Source: Clostridiales bacterium
GTDB lineage: Bacteria; Bacillota; Clostridia; Christensenellales; Borkfalkiaceae
Assembly: GCA_015055615.1 (NCBI GenBank)
Contig: SVHT01000003.1
Location: 59,669 to 123,668, forward strand
Length of the DNA: 64,000 nt
Direction of reading: 5' to 3'
Position numbers and translations under genes: made by a program. The notes below the pieces were generated by a model. That model was not told where the DNA came from and did not search any database. It worked only from the letters and a program-made list of their open reading frames with translations. Positions 16,774-26,415 of the stretch are shown here, piece by piece (positions within the stretch are counted from its first letter, which is position 1; every line of letters starts with the position of its first letter).

Positions 16774-19700
16774 TTAAAGGCTGCCAATAGCATCTAAGAG
16801 ATACGTCAAGTATTGCGCTACTTCCAATACGTTTAAGGAACCAATCGTTTTATCGTCGAGTTTACCGTCGCCGTTAACATCCTTGATTTCATAATCGTCC
16901 CCAAGGATATCTTTAATGTTGGCGGAAAAATCTGCGAGAACGACGCCACCCTTTTTGATTTGATAGATTAAAGCCGTTTGCAACATATCGTTACCCAGGT
17001 GGGGCATCATGTTGTCGTCGTGTAAATCCTGCAAGGTTGCCTGCTCGATATTGTTGTGCATATTCTCAATCATTGCGTTCATATCCGAAATCTTATAATC
17101 TTCGGGTTTAGGATCATCGCTGGGATTGGTGTCGGGGGTGTCGGGATTGTACTTCAACAAGTACTTCCACGTGCCCGTAATGCTCCCTGCATTTAAGCCG
17201 AACATATCTACGATGGTGATGTTGTTGATATCGTCCGCCAACGTTACAAGGGTAGAGTTCTTCACGTGTTTGAGATAGAAATCGTCGTCGCTGATTTCCA
17301 TGATTTCAAAAAGGTGAAGCCCGTTAATCTTATCTTGGTTGATTTCATTGATTTTCCAGCTACTCATCTTCTTTAAGATGCCCGATGCGTCGTCGGGGAT
17401 TTCGATAACTTGATAGAGATACAAATTGCCAATTTTGTTTTTCAGTAAGGTAGCGTCTTGCAATTCCAAAAGGGAGAGATCTTTAATCTGCAACAAGATG
17501 GGGTCGGTAACGGAATCGTCAAGCCCCAACGCATTCTCTAACGTGATATCGTTGATAAAAGATTTGTTGATATCGCCGAGTGTCGTGCCATTGTTCTTCA
17601 TATAGATGAACAAGGGGTGCGCCGTATCGTCGATGAACAAAACGTCGCCGATTTTCAACTTTTTAATGTTTGTTTCATTGAGGTCGCCAATCGTCCAAGG
17701 GTTGCCAGCGTCATCCGTTCCATTTGCAAGCGCCCCAATCAAACCGCCGCTGCTTGCGTCCAAAAGGCTGGAAAGCTTAATCGATTTGATTTTTTCTTCG
17801 CTGATTTCGCCGATGGACCATTCGCCCATATCCGCAAGGACACCCGTCGTGCCTAAGTCGATGACGTCTTTGAGTTTCAAAGAATTAATCTTTTCCTGTT
17901 TGCCCAAATCTGCAATCGTCCAATTCTGAATCGACGCCAAAAGCTTGGGAGAGGTGGCCGTAACCTGGAAGACGTCGCCGACTCTCAAATCGTTGACGAT
18001 ACCCGTCAAATCGCCGTCGCGGAGCGTACCAAAAGTACGTTCGCCGTAAACGTCGTTGGGGTCGGACGTTTCTTCGTTGGGAAGCCACTCAATATACGGC
18101 GTTCCGTTATTATACAAAATTTCGTAATGCTTACCCTTCGTGCCGTAAATCAACGAAACGGTAAGGGGATCTTCGTTGGGATCAAAGACGTCCACGCTGA
18201 ACAGCGAGGAGAGGGGAATATCTGCAAAAATGCTTTCGATATTACCCGAGTTCAATAAGGTTGCAAGAGTCGTAAAGGTTGCGCCGTTAACGGGAACAAC
18301 GTTGCCGTCTACGTCGTAATCAAAGTCGGTGCCGTACGTGCCGTACGCAAGGGCTACGAGTAACGCGTCGCTATTTTCCACGTCTTCTCTGGTCGTAATG
18401 CCGAGGAGAGAGCCGAGCTGGATCCCTTCGAGCATTGCGTCGGGCTGTTCTAACAACGAGCCGAGGGTAGTGAACTCTCTGCCGCCGTCCTTTTGGATAA
18501 TCACGCCGTTTGCATCGTAGACGAAGTCAACGTTATAAGCGCCGTACGCGAGCGCAACGAGCATCGCATTGCCTTCCGCCTCCGCGTCCGTTCTGGTCGT
18601 GATACCGAGCAACGTGCCGAGCTGTACGTCGTTGAGTACTTCTTCGGGAGAAGTCATCAAACTGTTGAGCGTGGTAAACGAGCTGTCGCCGAGGGGAACT
18701 ACTTTGCCGTTTTCAAAGGTATAATCGACGCCGTACGTGCCGTACGCCAATGCGGTGAGCATTTTGTTATCTTCCGACGTGGCGTTTTCTTCCAAATGTA
18801 CGCCGAGCAAAATACCGAGCTCCAATTTGCCAATCATTTCCAAAGGATCGCCGCCGTCCATGAAAGAACCGAGCAAGAGAGCGGATTGTTTTATCGGTTG
18901 CATAATGCCGTCCTGCATAGTAACGGCGGTAAAGGAGTTAAGGGTTCTTAAAACACCGCTCTGTAATTGGTGAATCAGCTCGCCATCGGGGGAGTACAGG
19001 GCGAACGTTTCGCTTTCGCCGCTGATATAATTTTCGTTTTCCGCCGTCCAAACGTCGCCGTTTTGCGTGTAAACCGTTCCGTCGATACATACGAACTGGT
19101 TCAGCGTGTTGTCGTAGGTGTAGGTCAAGGGCAACATTTCAACTTTGAGTATTCCGTCTTCTTCGTATTCTACGTAGTTGATACCTTCTCTACCGAAAAA
19201 GAGGTTTTTCAAAATCGCGCCCGAGCTGGGGTCGTCAAAGATTTCAGGGCTGACGGAAAGCAACAATTCGCCGAGCGAAAGCTCTTTGACTTCGTCCATT
19301 AAAAGACCAGAAAATTGGTTTAAGGGGGTGGTCATCAGGGCTTCTTTTTCGAGGATAATGCTCTTATCTTTTGCCGAAGCAACCAAATCGTCTACCGTTT
19401 TTTCGATTTTGGGCGAAATCGTGGCAAGGTCCGCAAAGGTGAGTTGGCTACCCTTACCTGCAATAGCCGAAATTTCGCCGATTGCGTCCGTCAGTTTCAT
19501 ATTGCTGTAACGTACGTCCAAAATACCGGGGTTTTCCGGCCCGTAACCGAACAGCGTCTGATACAGCCCCGAATCGGACATATTGTCTATGGTGGTTACC
19601 GTTTTACCCAAGGGGCGGTTTACAAAGACGAATATGGTAGCCGCAATTACCACGGGCATAACGAGGAAACCTATCAAAGCGCCGAGTAAAACGTAAGGCC

Positions 19701-19779
19701 AACGTCTGTGCTTTTTCAACGCGAAACGGCGTTGTTTCTTTTTGGGTAAATAGTCATACTCAATATAGGTATCTGCCAT
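16774..19779 (-). CDS. Large N-terminally membrane-anchored repeat protein of unknown function (1001 aa)
   Basis: Basic cytoplasmic N-terminus and one TM (PYVLLGALIGFLVMPVVIAATIFVF). Three ~66-aa repeats (LGxLLGI..ALAYG.YG.D..YD..G..) plus four W(T/S/K)I..(L/I)...KI..L(K/H)L units. Confidence 0.7.
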   Translation of the reverse strand: MADTYIEYDYLPKKKQRRFALKKHRRWPYVLLGALIGFLVMPVVIAATIFVFVNRPLGKTVTTIDNMSDSGLYQTLFGYGPENPGILDVRYSNMKLTDAIGEISAIAGKGSQLTFADLATISPKIEKTVDDLVASAKDKSIILEKEALMTTPLNQFSGLLMDEVKELSLGELLLSVSPEIFDDPSSGAILKNLFFGREGINYVEYEEDGILKVEMLPLTYTYDNTLNQFVCIDGTVYTQNGDVWTAENENYISGESETFALYSPDGELIHQLQSGVLRTLNSFTAVTMQDGIMQPIKQSALLLGSFMDGGDPLEMIGKLELGILLGVHLEENATSEDNKMLTALAYGTYGVDYTFENGKVVPLGDSSFTTLNSLMTSPEEVLNDVQLGTLLGITTRTDAEAEGNAMLVALAYGAYNVDFVYDANGVIIQKDGGREFTTLGSLLEQPDAMLEGIQLGSLLGITTREDVENSDALLVALAYGTYGTDFDYDVDGNVVPVNGATFTTLATLLNSGNIESIFADIPLSSLFSVDVFDPNEDPLTVSLIYGTKGKHYEILYNNGTPYIEWLPNEETSDPNDVYGERTFGTLRDGDLTGIVNDLRVGDVFQVTATSPKLLASIQNWTIADLGKQEKINSLKLKDVIDLGTTGVLADMGEWSIGEISEEKIKSIKLSSLLDASSGGLIGALANGTDDAGNPWTIGDLNETNIKKLKIGDVLFIDDTAHPLFIYMKNNGTTLGDINKSFINDITLENALGLDDSVTDPILLQIKDLSLLELQDATLLKNKIGNLYLYQVIEIPDDASGILKKMSSWKINEINQDKINGLHLFEIMEISDDDFYLKHVKNSTLVTLADDINNITIVDMFGLNAGSITGTWKYLLKYNPDTPDTNPSDDPKPEDYKISDMNAMIENMHNNIEQATLQDLHDDNMMPHLGNDMLQTALIYQIKKGGVVLADFSANIKDILGDDYEIKDVNGDGKLDDKTIGSLNVLEVAQYLTYLLDAIGSL

Positions 19780-19835
19780 AATGTATGTATACTCCTTCTA
19801 TTGATTTTTTTTATTTATTATATTTTTGTATTTAC

Positions 19836-19864
19836 ATTATATACTATAAACGCTACGATTGCAA
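19836..19864 (-). promoter_or_regulatory. Sigma-A type promoter of the 1001-aa gene
   Basis: Minus strand: TTGCAA, 17-nt spacer, TATAAT. Confidence 0.55.
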
Positions 19865-19883
19865 GTGTTTTTAGGAAAAAGAA

Positions 19884-19907
19884 AGGGCGAGTTGAAAATT
19901 ACGCCCT
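19884..19907 (-). terminator. Weak terminator after the phosphoribosyltransferase gene
   Basis: Stem AGGGCG / CGCCCT, followed on the minus strand by TTTCTTTTTCC. Confidence 0.35.
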
Positions 19908-19998
19908 TAAAAAATGCACGCAGAAGTCGTTTTATGTAGAAAAACGTAGGCGTTGGGAAAAAGTTGCTAAAAACAGTGCCCTTACCGTCGGGTTTTAA

Positions 19999-20535
19999 TT
20001 AAAACAGAGGAATGGTCGCCAAATAAATGACGTCATCGCGGTTCGCTGCGTCAGCCTCTGCTAACACGAACGCTTTTTTATGGATAATACCGCCTGCCTT
20101 TTCGACAAGGGATTCCAAACCCGACAAGGACGCGCCCGTAGAAACTACGTCGTCCACGATACCTACTTTTTTGCCTTTCAGAAGGTCAACGTCGTGTTTG
20201 GACAGGTACATTTTTTGTTCTTTGCCCGTGGTAATGGACGATTCAATTACAATTTCAATGCCGTCCTGCATATACAGTTTTTTGCTCTTGCGGGCCACTG
20301 CGTAGTAGCGTTGTCCGAGCTCTCGTGCTACGCAATGGGTAAGCTGTAAGCCTTTGGATTCCGCCGTAATTAAAACGTCGCAATCGGCAAGCTCTTTCGC
20401 GAGTTCCTTTCCGCAATGCTCGGTAAGCGCGCTGTCGCCGTGCAGATTAAAAAAGGCGATAGAGATACCGCTGGGTAAGGGCAAAATGGGCAAATGCGCT
20501 TCAAAACCTCTGATATTAACCGTATGAAATTCCAT
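19999..20535 (-). CDS. Phosphoribosyltransferase family protein (adenine/xanthine PRT-like)
   Basis: PRPP-binding motif KKVGIVDDVVSTGAS. Confidence 0.7.
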   Translation of the reverse strand: MEFHTVNIRGFEAHLPILPLPSGISIAFFNLHGDSALTEHCGKELAKELADCDVLITAESKGLQLTHCVARELGQRYYAVARKSKKLYMQDGIEIVIESSITTGKEQKMYLSKHDVDLLKGKKVGIVDDVVSTGASLSGLESLVEKAGGIIHKKAFVLAEADAANRDDVIYLATIPLF

Positions 20536-20658
20536 AATGCAACTCCTTTTTAGACGTTTATATGCGTCTGTATGAATAGTATAACACTTTTCAACGGAAA
20601 AGTAAATACATTTTAGGAAATTTTGTTGGGATTTACAGGCGGAAAATTGCGGTAGGGG

Positions 20659-20687
20659 TTGACTTTTTCTTGCGGTTGGGGTATAAT
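20659..20687 (+). promoter_or_regulatory. Sigma-A type promoter of recX-birA
   Basis: TTGACT, 17-nt spacer, TATAAT. It coincides with the start of the tracked ORF, which therefore begins too early. Confidence 0.55.
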
Positions 20688-20730
20688 ATTTTTACCGAAA
20701 TTTTTCTTGGGAAACGCGGAGGGAACTCGC

Positions 20731-21354
20731 TTGAACGAAATTACCGCAATCACGCCGCAAATCAAAGACAAAACCCGTTGTAACGTGTACGTGGACGGGC
20801 GGTTTTGTTGTGGGTTGACGTTGGAGGCGACGGTAAAAAACCGTCTGAAAGTGGGCGTGATTGTCACCGAAGAACGATTGGCGGAAATACAGCTGGAAAG
20901 TGAAAAGAATACGGCGTTTGACAAGGCGCTCGCGCATATATCCGCCACGCGGAAAACGGAAAAACAGGTGCGTTCCTTTTTGAGCGGTAAGGGGTATTTG
21001 CCCGCCGTGGTCGATTACGCGGTAGAAAAACTCCGTTCGTATAATTTTTTGAACGACGGAGAGTATGCCGAGGCGTACGTGGAGAGCGTGGCAAAACGCA
21101 AGGGCGGACGGCTGATTCGCATGGAGCTTCGGGGTAAAGGGATTGCCGAGGACGAAATTGACGCGGCGCTGGATACGTTAGATGGCGAAACGGAGCTTGC
21201 CGCGGCAACGGCGATTTTACAAAAATATATGCGCGGTAAGGTTTGCGATCAGGTCACCTTACAAAAGGCGTACCGCCATTTGATGGGCAAGGGCTTTGAT
21301 TACGAAACGGCGAAAGCGGCGTTGGCTACGCTTGGGGAGTTGGACGAGGACTGA
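20731..21354 (+). CDS. recX: Recombination regulator RecX
   Basis: RecX-like repeats (...VYVDG.F...L...V....L..G...). TTG start at 20731, 7 nt after GGAGGG. Confidence 0.75.
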   Translation: MNEITAITPQIKDKTRCNVYVDGRFCCGLTLEATVKNRLKVGVIVTEERLAEIQLESEKNTAFDKALAHISATRKTEKQVRSFLSGKGYLPAVVDYAVEKLRSYNFLNDGEYAEAYVESVAKRKGGRLIRMELRGKGIAEDEIDAALDTLDGETELAAATAILQKYMRGKVCDQVTLQKAYRHLMGKGFDYETAKAALATLGELDED

Positions 21355-22055
21355 TGAACGGCGAAAAGGGGATAAAGAGAATACGTTTTGAAACGATTTC
21401 GTCAACGAACGAGTACGCCAAAGAGCTGCGCGCGCTGGGAGAAGACGTCGTGATTACGGCGGATATGCAGACGGGCGGTCGGGGCACGAAAGGCAGGTCG
21501 TTTTCGTCGGACGTGGGGGGCGTGTACGTAACGAAGCTCACTTTTTATAAGGATTTTCCTGCGCGCGAGGCGTTTAAAATCATGGCTGGCGCGGCGGTTG
21601 CTGTGTGTGAAACGTTGGAATTTTACGGGCTTTGCCCCGTGATAAAATGGGTGAACGATATCTACGTTGATGACAAAAAGATTTGCGGGATTTTGATTGA
21701 AAACGTCTTTTCGGGAAATGCCGTTTCGTCCTCGATTGTGGGAATCGGATTAAACGTGAGCAACGTCTTGCCCAAGGAATTGGACGGCATTGCAACGACT
21801 ATGGCGCAAAAAATGAAAAATCCGCCTCCCGTTGCAGAGGTTCGAGAGCGATTGATAGAGTATTTATCACAGCCTAAGGGCGTGGACGAATACCTGGCGA
21901 GAATCGGTTATATGGGTAGGCAAGTCACGGTGGTTTTCGGCGAAGAACGCCTCCCCGCCACCCTACTTTCGGTGGATAACGAGGGGGGACTTTGGGTGGA
22001 AATCGACGGCGAAAAACGGCGATTTACGGCAGCGGAGATTTCGCTGCAATTATAA
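21354..22055 (+). CDS. birA: Biotin--[acetyl-CoA-carboxylase] ligase (no N-terminal HTH)
   Basis: Q.GGRGTKGRSF motif and KWVNDIYVDDKKICGILIE. The start overlaps the recX stop (TGATG). Confidence 0.8.
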   Translation: MNGEKGIKRIRFETISSTNEYAKELRALGEDVVITADMQTGGRGTKGRSFSSDVGGVYVTKLTFYKDFPAREAFKIMAGAAVAVCETLEFYGLCPVIKWVNDIYVDDKKICGILIENVFSGNAVSSSIVGIGLNVSNVLPKELDGIATTMAQKMKNPPPVAEVRERLIEYLSQPKGVDEYLARIGYMGRQVTVVFGEERLPATLLSVDNEGGLWVEIDGEKRRFTAAEISLQL

Positions 22056-22075
22056 GAAAACAAAAAGGAGGGCGT

Positions 22076-23587
22076 ATGTACGTACTGACGAACAAACAAA
22101 TGCGAAATGCGGACGAGTATACGATAAAACGGCTCGGTACGCCCTCGTTGGGGTTGATGGAACGCGCGGGGCATGCCCTTGCGGACGAGGCGGAGCGTCT
22201 TGCGCCGACAGGAAAAATTCTCTGCGTTTGCGGCGGCGGTAATAACGGCGGGGACGGTTTCGTTTGCGCGCGCCTTTTAAAAGGGCGGGGACGTGTCGTG
22301 ACGACGGTATGTTTTGCGGATAAATATTCGGGCGATTGCCTTGTGAATAAGGAAAAATGGCTGGCTTGCGGCGGTGAGAATTTTACCGATTTTTCTTGCG
22401 TGGAAGGGTGTTCGATAGTTGTCGATTGTCTGTTTGGTACGGGCTTTCACGGCTCGGTAGACGGCGAAAACGCAAGGGCGGTTTCGTGGATGAACAAACA
22501 AAAAAGAGCGGGCGTAAAAATTCTGTCCGCAGATATTTCGTCGGGGCTTTGCGGGGATAACGGCTTGGCGAAAGGCGAGGCGGTCTGCGCGGACGTTACG
22601 CTGTGCATTGGCGAAATCAAGGCGGGTGTTTTGTTGGCGGACGGGCTCGATTTTTCGGGCGAAGTCAAACGCGTGGATATTGGTATCGTCTTGCCTGAAA
22701 AGAGATACGCGGAAAGCGTAGACACAGACGAGGCAAAATCCTTGTTGCCGATACGGAAACGCAACTCGCATAAAGGTAGCTTTGGGCGCGTGGCAATCGT
22801 TGCGGGGAGCGCGGAATACACGGGCGCGGCGTATCTGTCCGCAACGGCGGCTGCTTGTTTGCGCTCGGGCGCAGGATACGTCACGTTATTTTTACCCCAA
22901 GAGATTCTGCTCTATTACGTTTTGAAAACGCCCGAAATACTTCTAAAAAGTACAAACGAGGGGGGACGGTACGCGTTCAGCGAAGAAAACGCGCAAACGT
23001 TGCTCTCGTACGACGCCGTTGCGTTCGGTATGGGTATGGGTTGCTCGGCGGACGTGGCAGAGGGGGCGGCGTATTTGCTCGGTCACTTTCAAGGAAGACT
23101 GATTTTGGATGCGGACGGCTTGAACAGTCTTGCTCGGTATAAAAAAGATGATTTTGCCGAGCTTTTTGATAATAAAAAATGCGACGTAGTTCTTACGCCG
23201 CACGTAAAAGAGTTTTCTCGTTTATCGGGAAAAGAAGTTGCAGAAATTATAGAAGAGGGCTTGACGGCGCCTTGCGAGTTCGCTGCGAAATACGCCGTAA
23301 ACGTGCTGTTGAAAAACGCGTCCAGTATCGTGACGGACGGACAACGCATCGCAATCAATACGACGGGCAATTCTGGACTTGCCAAAGGCGGTAGCGGCGA
23401 CGTACTGTCGGGGGTAATAGCGGGACTTTGCGCGCAGGGCGTTTCGGCGTTTGACGGGGCGCGTTTGGGCGCGTATCTCGTTGGAAAAGCGGCGGAGTTT
23501 GCCGTACAAACGATAGGGGAATATTCGCTGACGGCGACGGACGTGGTCGCAAACCTTGGAAAGGCGTTTCTTTCCCTTGTAGATTAA
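22076..23587 (+). CDS. nnr: Bifunctional NAD(P)H-hydrate epimerase/dehydratase
   Basis: YjeF-N (GGGNNGGDGFV) and YjeF-C (HKGSFGRV, GGSGDVLSGVI) motifs. AGGAGGG RBS before the ATG at 22076. Confidence 0.85.
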   Translation: MYVLTNKQMRNADEYTIKRLGTPSLGLMERAGHALADEAERLAPTGKILCVCGGGNNGGDGFVCARLLKGRGRVVTTVCFADKYSGDCLVNKEKWLACGGENFTDFSCVEGCSIVVDCLFGTGFHGSVDGENARAVSWMNKQKRAGVKILSADISSGLCGDNGLAKGEAVCADVTLCIGEIKAGVLLADGLDFSGEVKRVDIGIVLPEKRYAESVDTDEAKSLLPIRKRNSHKGSFGRVAIVAGSAEYTGAAYLSATAAACLRSGAGYVTLFLPQEILLYYVLKTPEILLKSTNEGGRYAFSEENAQTLLSYDAVAFGMGMGCSADVAEGAAYLLGHFQGRLILDADGLNSLARYKKDDFAELFDNKKCDVVLTPHVKEFSRLSGKEVAEIIEEGLTAPCEFAAKYAVNVLLKNASSIVTDGQRIAINTTGNSGLAKGGSGDVLSGVIAGLCAQGVSAFDGARLGAYLVGKAAEFAVQTIGEYSLTATDVVANLGKAFLSLVD

Positions 23588-24333
23588 ACCTCTGTCTTTC
23601 CGAAAATCCTTACGAAGACGGCGAGCAATAATAGCGTTGCGCTCATCAATACGTAATAATAGAAAAAGGGTGTTAGGGCGGAAACGAGTAAAATCAAGAT
23701 TGCGCTGATTAAAAAACGCTTGGAATTGCGCTTGGAGAACCAAAGTGTAAGGCGGCGTTTTTTGGCGCTTGGCGTATCGCCGAGATAATTTTTAGGCAAG
23801 GCGTCGGCGTTTTTTAAGGATACGTATACCTCCTCGCCTGTTTTTACTTGAATTCGCAGGCGTTGGCATAAGGCGCGCGCAGGCTCTTCGATGCTTCCGC
23901 AAAGCAAAATCTTTTCCTTGCTCGTTTTCAGCCTTGCGTATTTAGAAACGTCGTCGGCGTTGACAGGAATAAGCTTAAAATGTAAAAAGTAGAGCTGGTT
24001 TTTGTTTTGTAAGCGGAGCAAGGCAAAGCGTTGCAGAGGGGTGTCTTTGCTTAAAGCCGAACGGAAAAATTCCGTTTTTGCGCTGTCGCTGAGCAACGCC
24101 AGATGCAACAATAATTTTTGTTTTGCTTGCTCGTCCGAGCGTTTTAACAGCAGGTTTTTGCGTTTGGAGTGCAGATATGCGCCGACGGATGCCATAATCA
24201 ATCCGCCGCAGAGGACGGCTAAAAACAGCGCGCCCCAAAATCCGACGTCTAAAAAACGGAAAAGGCAGAGGGCAAGCAAAGTCGCTACAAAAAAGGTGAA
24301 AATGAGGTCGGAAATAAAAGCAAATCGTTTCAT
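23584..24333 (-). CDS. Hypothetical membrane protein (249 aa)
   Basis: Two N-terminal and two C-terminal hydrophobic helices around a soluble core. The internal ATG at 24333 is chosen because the longer ORF would overlap the nadD promoter and start. Confidence 0.5.
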   Translation of the reverse strand: MKRFAFISDLIFTFFVATLLALCLFRFLDVGFWGALFLAVLCGGLIMASVGAYLHSKRKNLLLKRSDEQAKQKLLLHLALLSDSAKTEFFRSALSKDTPLQRFALLRLQNKNQLYFLHFKLIPVNADDVSKYARLKTSKEKILLCGSIEEPARALCQRLRIQVKTGEEVYVSLKNADALPKNYLGDTPSAKKRRLTLWFSKRNSKRFLISAILILLVSALTPFFYYYVLMSATLLLLAVFVRIFGKTEV

Positions 24334-24369
24334 ATTTGTATTTTTGCCGAAAAAATCTGCCTTTAAACC

Positions 24370-24398
24370 TTGAAAAACGGAAAAATATGTAGTATAAT
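24370..24398 (+). promoter_or_regulatory. Sigma-A type promoter of nadD-yqeK/rsfS
   Basis: TTGAAA, 17-nt spacer, TATAAT, 17 nt upstream of the ATG. Confidence 0.55.
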
Positions 24399-24415
24399 GT
24401 CTTTGGGTAAACAAG

Positions 24416-25564
24416 ATGGAAAAGATAGCGATTTTTGGCGGATCGTTCGATCCGGTGCATACGGAGCACGTGCGTTTGGTGGAAGCGGCAATCGAAGGGC
24501 TTGGCTTGGACAAGCTCGTGGTTATGCCTGCCTTTGCGCCCCCCCATAAGCCGGGTAAAGAGCTCGCGCCCGATTGCGACCGGTTGGAGCTTTGCCGTAT
24601 TGCCTTTTCACATTTGGACAAAGTGGAAGTGAGCGACTACGAAATTGCGCAACGGGGTACGAGTTATACCTATCTTACCTGTCGGCATTTCCGCTCTCTG
24701 TATCCAAACGCCCAACTTTTTTGGTTGGTTGGGACGGATATGCTGCGTGATTTTCCGACGTGGAAATATCCAGAGGATATTTTGAGCAACGTAACGCTCG
24801 GGGTTTGCGCCCGTGACGAAAAAGACGGTTGGCAAAAGCGCGAACAAGCCGAGTTTGAACAGCGGTTTGGTAAAACGTTTGCGGTTATAAACTATAACGG
24901 CGCGCCCGTATCCTCTACGCAGGTACGCTTGTTGCTTGCCGCGGGCTTGCCCACGGAAGGGCTAATTCCTCAAAAGGTGGCAGAGCATATCGCAACGAAA
25001 GAGTTATATGCTATTCCGTTTGCGCCTAAGGCGCTTGCGTTGGAAAAGGCGGAACGTGCGGCGCACAGCGTACGTGTGGCTCGCTTGGCGTTGGAACGGG
25101 CGAAGGGACTGCGTCTTTCGGAAAGGGCGGTTTTGACGGCGGCGTTATTCCACGATTGCGCAAAAAATTTGCCCGAAAATTCCCCCTATTTAGAGGGCTT
25201 TGCGCCCCTTGCGGAGTGGGGCGATATTCCGCCTGCGGTGTTGCATCAATATCAAGGCGCGTACGTGGCGGAAAAGCAATTTGGCGTTTGCGACGAGGAC
25301 GTGTTGAACGCCATACGCTATCATACGAGCGCAAGAGTGGGTATGAGCGAATTGGAAAAGCTCATCTTCCTTGCAGATATGTTGGAAGAAGAACGTCGCT
25401 ATACGGGTGTGGACGAACTGCGCGCGCTGTTTTGGGATAAGGACGGATTGGACAAATGCCTTGCCGAGGCGTTGTATCAGACGTTGCTGTTTTTAGAGAG
25501 CAAAGGCGGCGAGATTTATCCGCTCACCCGCGCCGCGTATGAATTTTATAAAGATAAAAGATAA
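24416..25564 (+). CDS. nadD: Fusion: nicotinate-nucleotide adenylyltransferase (NadD) plus YqeK-type HD phosphohydrolase
   Basis: N-terminal GGSFDPVHTEH and SSTQVR NadD motifs. The C-terminal half has HS.RVA...LFHDCAK and RYHT HD-domain motifs. Confidence 0.85.
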   Translation: MEKIAIFGGSFDPVHTEHVRLVEAAIEGLGLDKLVVMPAFAPPHKPGKELAPDCDRLELCRIAFSHLDKVEVSDYEIAQRGTSYTYLTCRHFRSLYPNAQLFWLVGTDMLRDFPTWKYPEDILSNVTLGVCARDEKDGWQKREQAEFEQRFGKTFAVINYNGAPVSSTQVRLLLAAGLPTEGLIPQKVAEHIATKELYAIPFAPKALALEKAERAAHSVRVARLALERAKGLRLSERAVLTAALFHDCAKNLPENSPYLEGFAPLAEWGDIPPAVLHQYQGAYVAEKQFGVCDEDVLNAIRYHTSARVGMSELEKLIFLADMLEEERRYTGVDELRALFWDKDGLDKCLAEALYQTLLFLESKGGEIYPLTRAAYEFYKDKR

Positions 25565-25587
25565 TATTGTATAGGAAGGAAAAGACT

Positions 25588-25974
25588 ATGTCGGAAATCA
25601 CCAGTAAAACGTTGGCAATCGAAGTGTGTAAAGCGCTCGCGGATAAGCTTGGCAAGGACATCGTGGCAATGTACGTGCGCGAAAAGACGGACCTTTGCGA
25701 TTATTTCGTAATTGCAAGCGGTAGCAACGTACCGCAAATCCGCGCTATGGGCGAGCGTGTGGAAGAGCTTGTGGAAAAGAATTTAGGGCTTGTGCCTACC
25801 CGTACGGAAGGGGTGCGCGACGGCAGATGGGCGGTCATTGATTACGGCGACGTCATCGTGCATATTTTCAACGACGAAACCCGCCTTTTCTATCACCTTG
25901 AAAGACTGTGGAAGGACGGCGAAAATTTTGCCCGTTTTGATGAAAAGACGGGCGATCTCGTCACCGCGGATTAA
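25588..25974 (+). CDS. rsfS: Ribosomal silencing factor RsfS
   Basis: ...CDYFVIASG.N..Q..A....V.......G...EG...G.W...DYGDVIVHIF... is the classic RsfS/YbeB pattern. Confidence 0.9.
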   Translation: MSEITSKTLAIEVCKALADKLGKDIVAMYVREKTDLCDYFVIASGSNVPQIRAMGERVEELVEKNLGLVPTRTEGVRDGRWAVIDYGDVIVHIFNDETRLFYHLERLWKDGENFARFDEKTGDLVTAD

Positions 25975-26060
25975 AAAAGGGGGTACACGGTACGCAAATA
26001 CCGCATTTTTCCGCTTGGGCTAAGGTTTTATAACCCTATTGCGCCTTGGCGATTGTCGTG

Positions 26061-26381
26061 CTATTTAAAACGAAATTCTTTCGGTTCGCCGTAGCTAGGT
26101 TTGCTACGGCGACGTTTTTTTTCTACGATATAATAGATAGGCTCGCTTTGGGACGGTTTGTCGTCTTTTTTCGTTTCGGGGGCTTTTTCAATCGGCTCGG
26201 GGTTTGTTTTTGCGCTTTTTTCGCGTGGAAATTGTCTATCGCCGACGGCGAGCTTTGTAAGGTGCACGCCTAAAAAACAGAGCGCAAACAGCAAAAGAAT
26301 ACCGCCAAACCCCTGCCATGAGGCGCTGAGGAGAGTGTTGGAAAGGGAAACAAGTAGATTGTGCGCAGATAAACGTTTCAT
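26061..26381 (-). CDS. Small membrane-anchored hypothetical protein (106 aa)
   Basis: One TM (GFGGILLLFALCFLGV), a K/E/P-rich linker and a basic C-terminus IYYIVEKKRRRSKPSYGEPKEFRF. It looks more protein-like than the overlapping plus-strand extension. Confidence 0.4.
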   Translation of the reverse strand: MKRLSAHNLLVSLSNTLLSASWQGFGGILLLFALCFLGVHLTKLAVGDRQFPREKSAKTNPEPIEKAPETKKDDKPSQSEPIYYIVEKKRRRSKPSYGEPKEFRFK

Positions 26382-26415
26382 AAACAGCAGTATATCTGCC
26401 GTGTCCTATCATAAA

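Noticed and set aside
23584-24621. Long 345-aa form of the minus-strand membrane protein ORF
   Set aside because: The N-terminal 96 codons overlap the nadD promoter and coding start and look non-protein-like. The internal ATG at 24333 begins a plausible TM protein.
26158-26415. N-terminal extension of the 445-aa plus-strand ORF
   Set aside because: It overlaps the more protein-like minus-strand 106-aa ORF and translates to low-quality sequence. Aldolase-fold similarity only starts well downstream.
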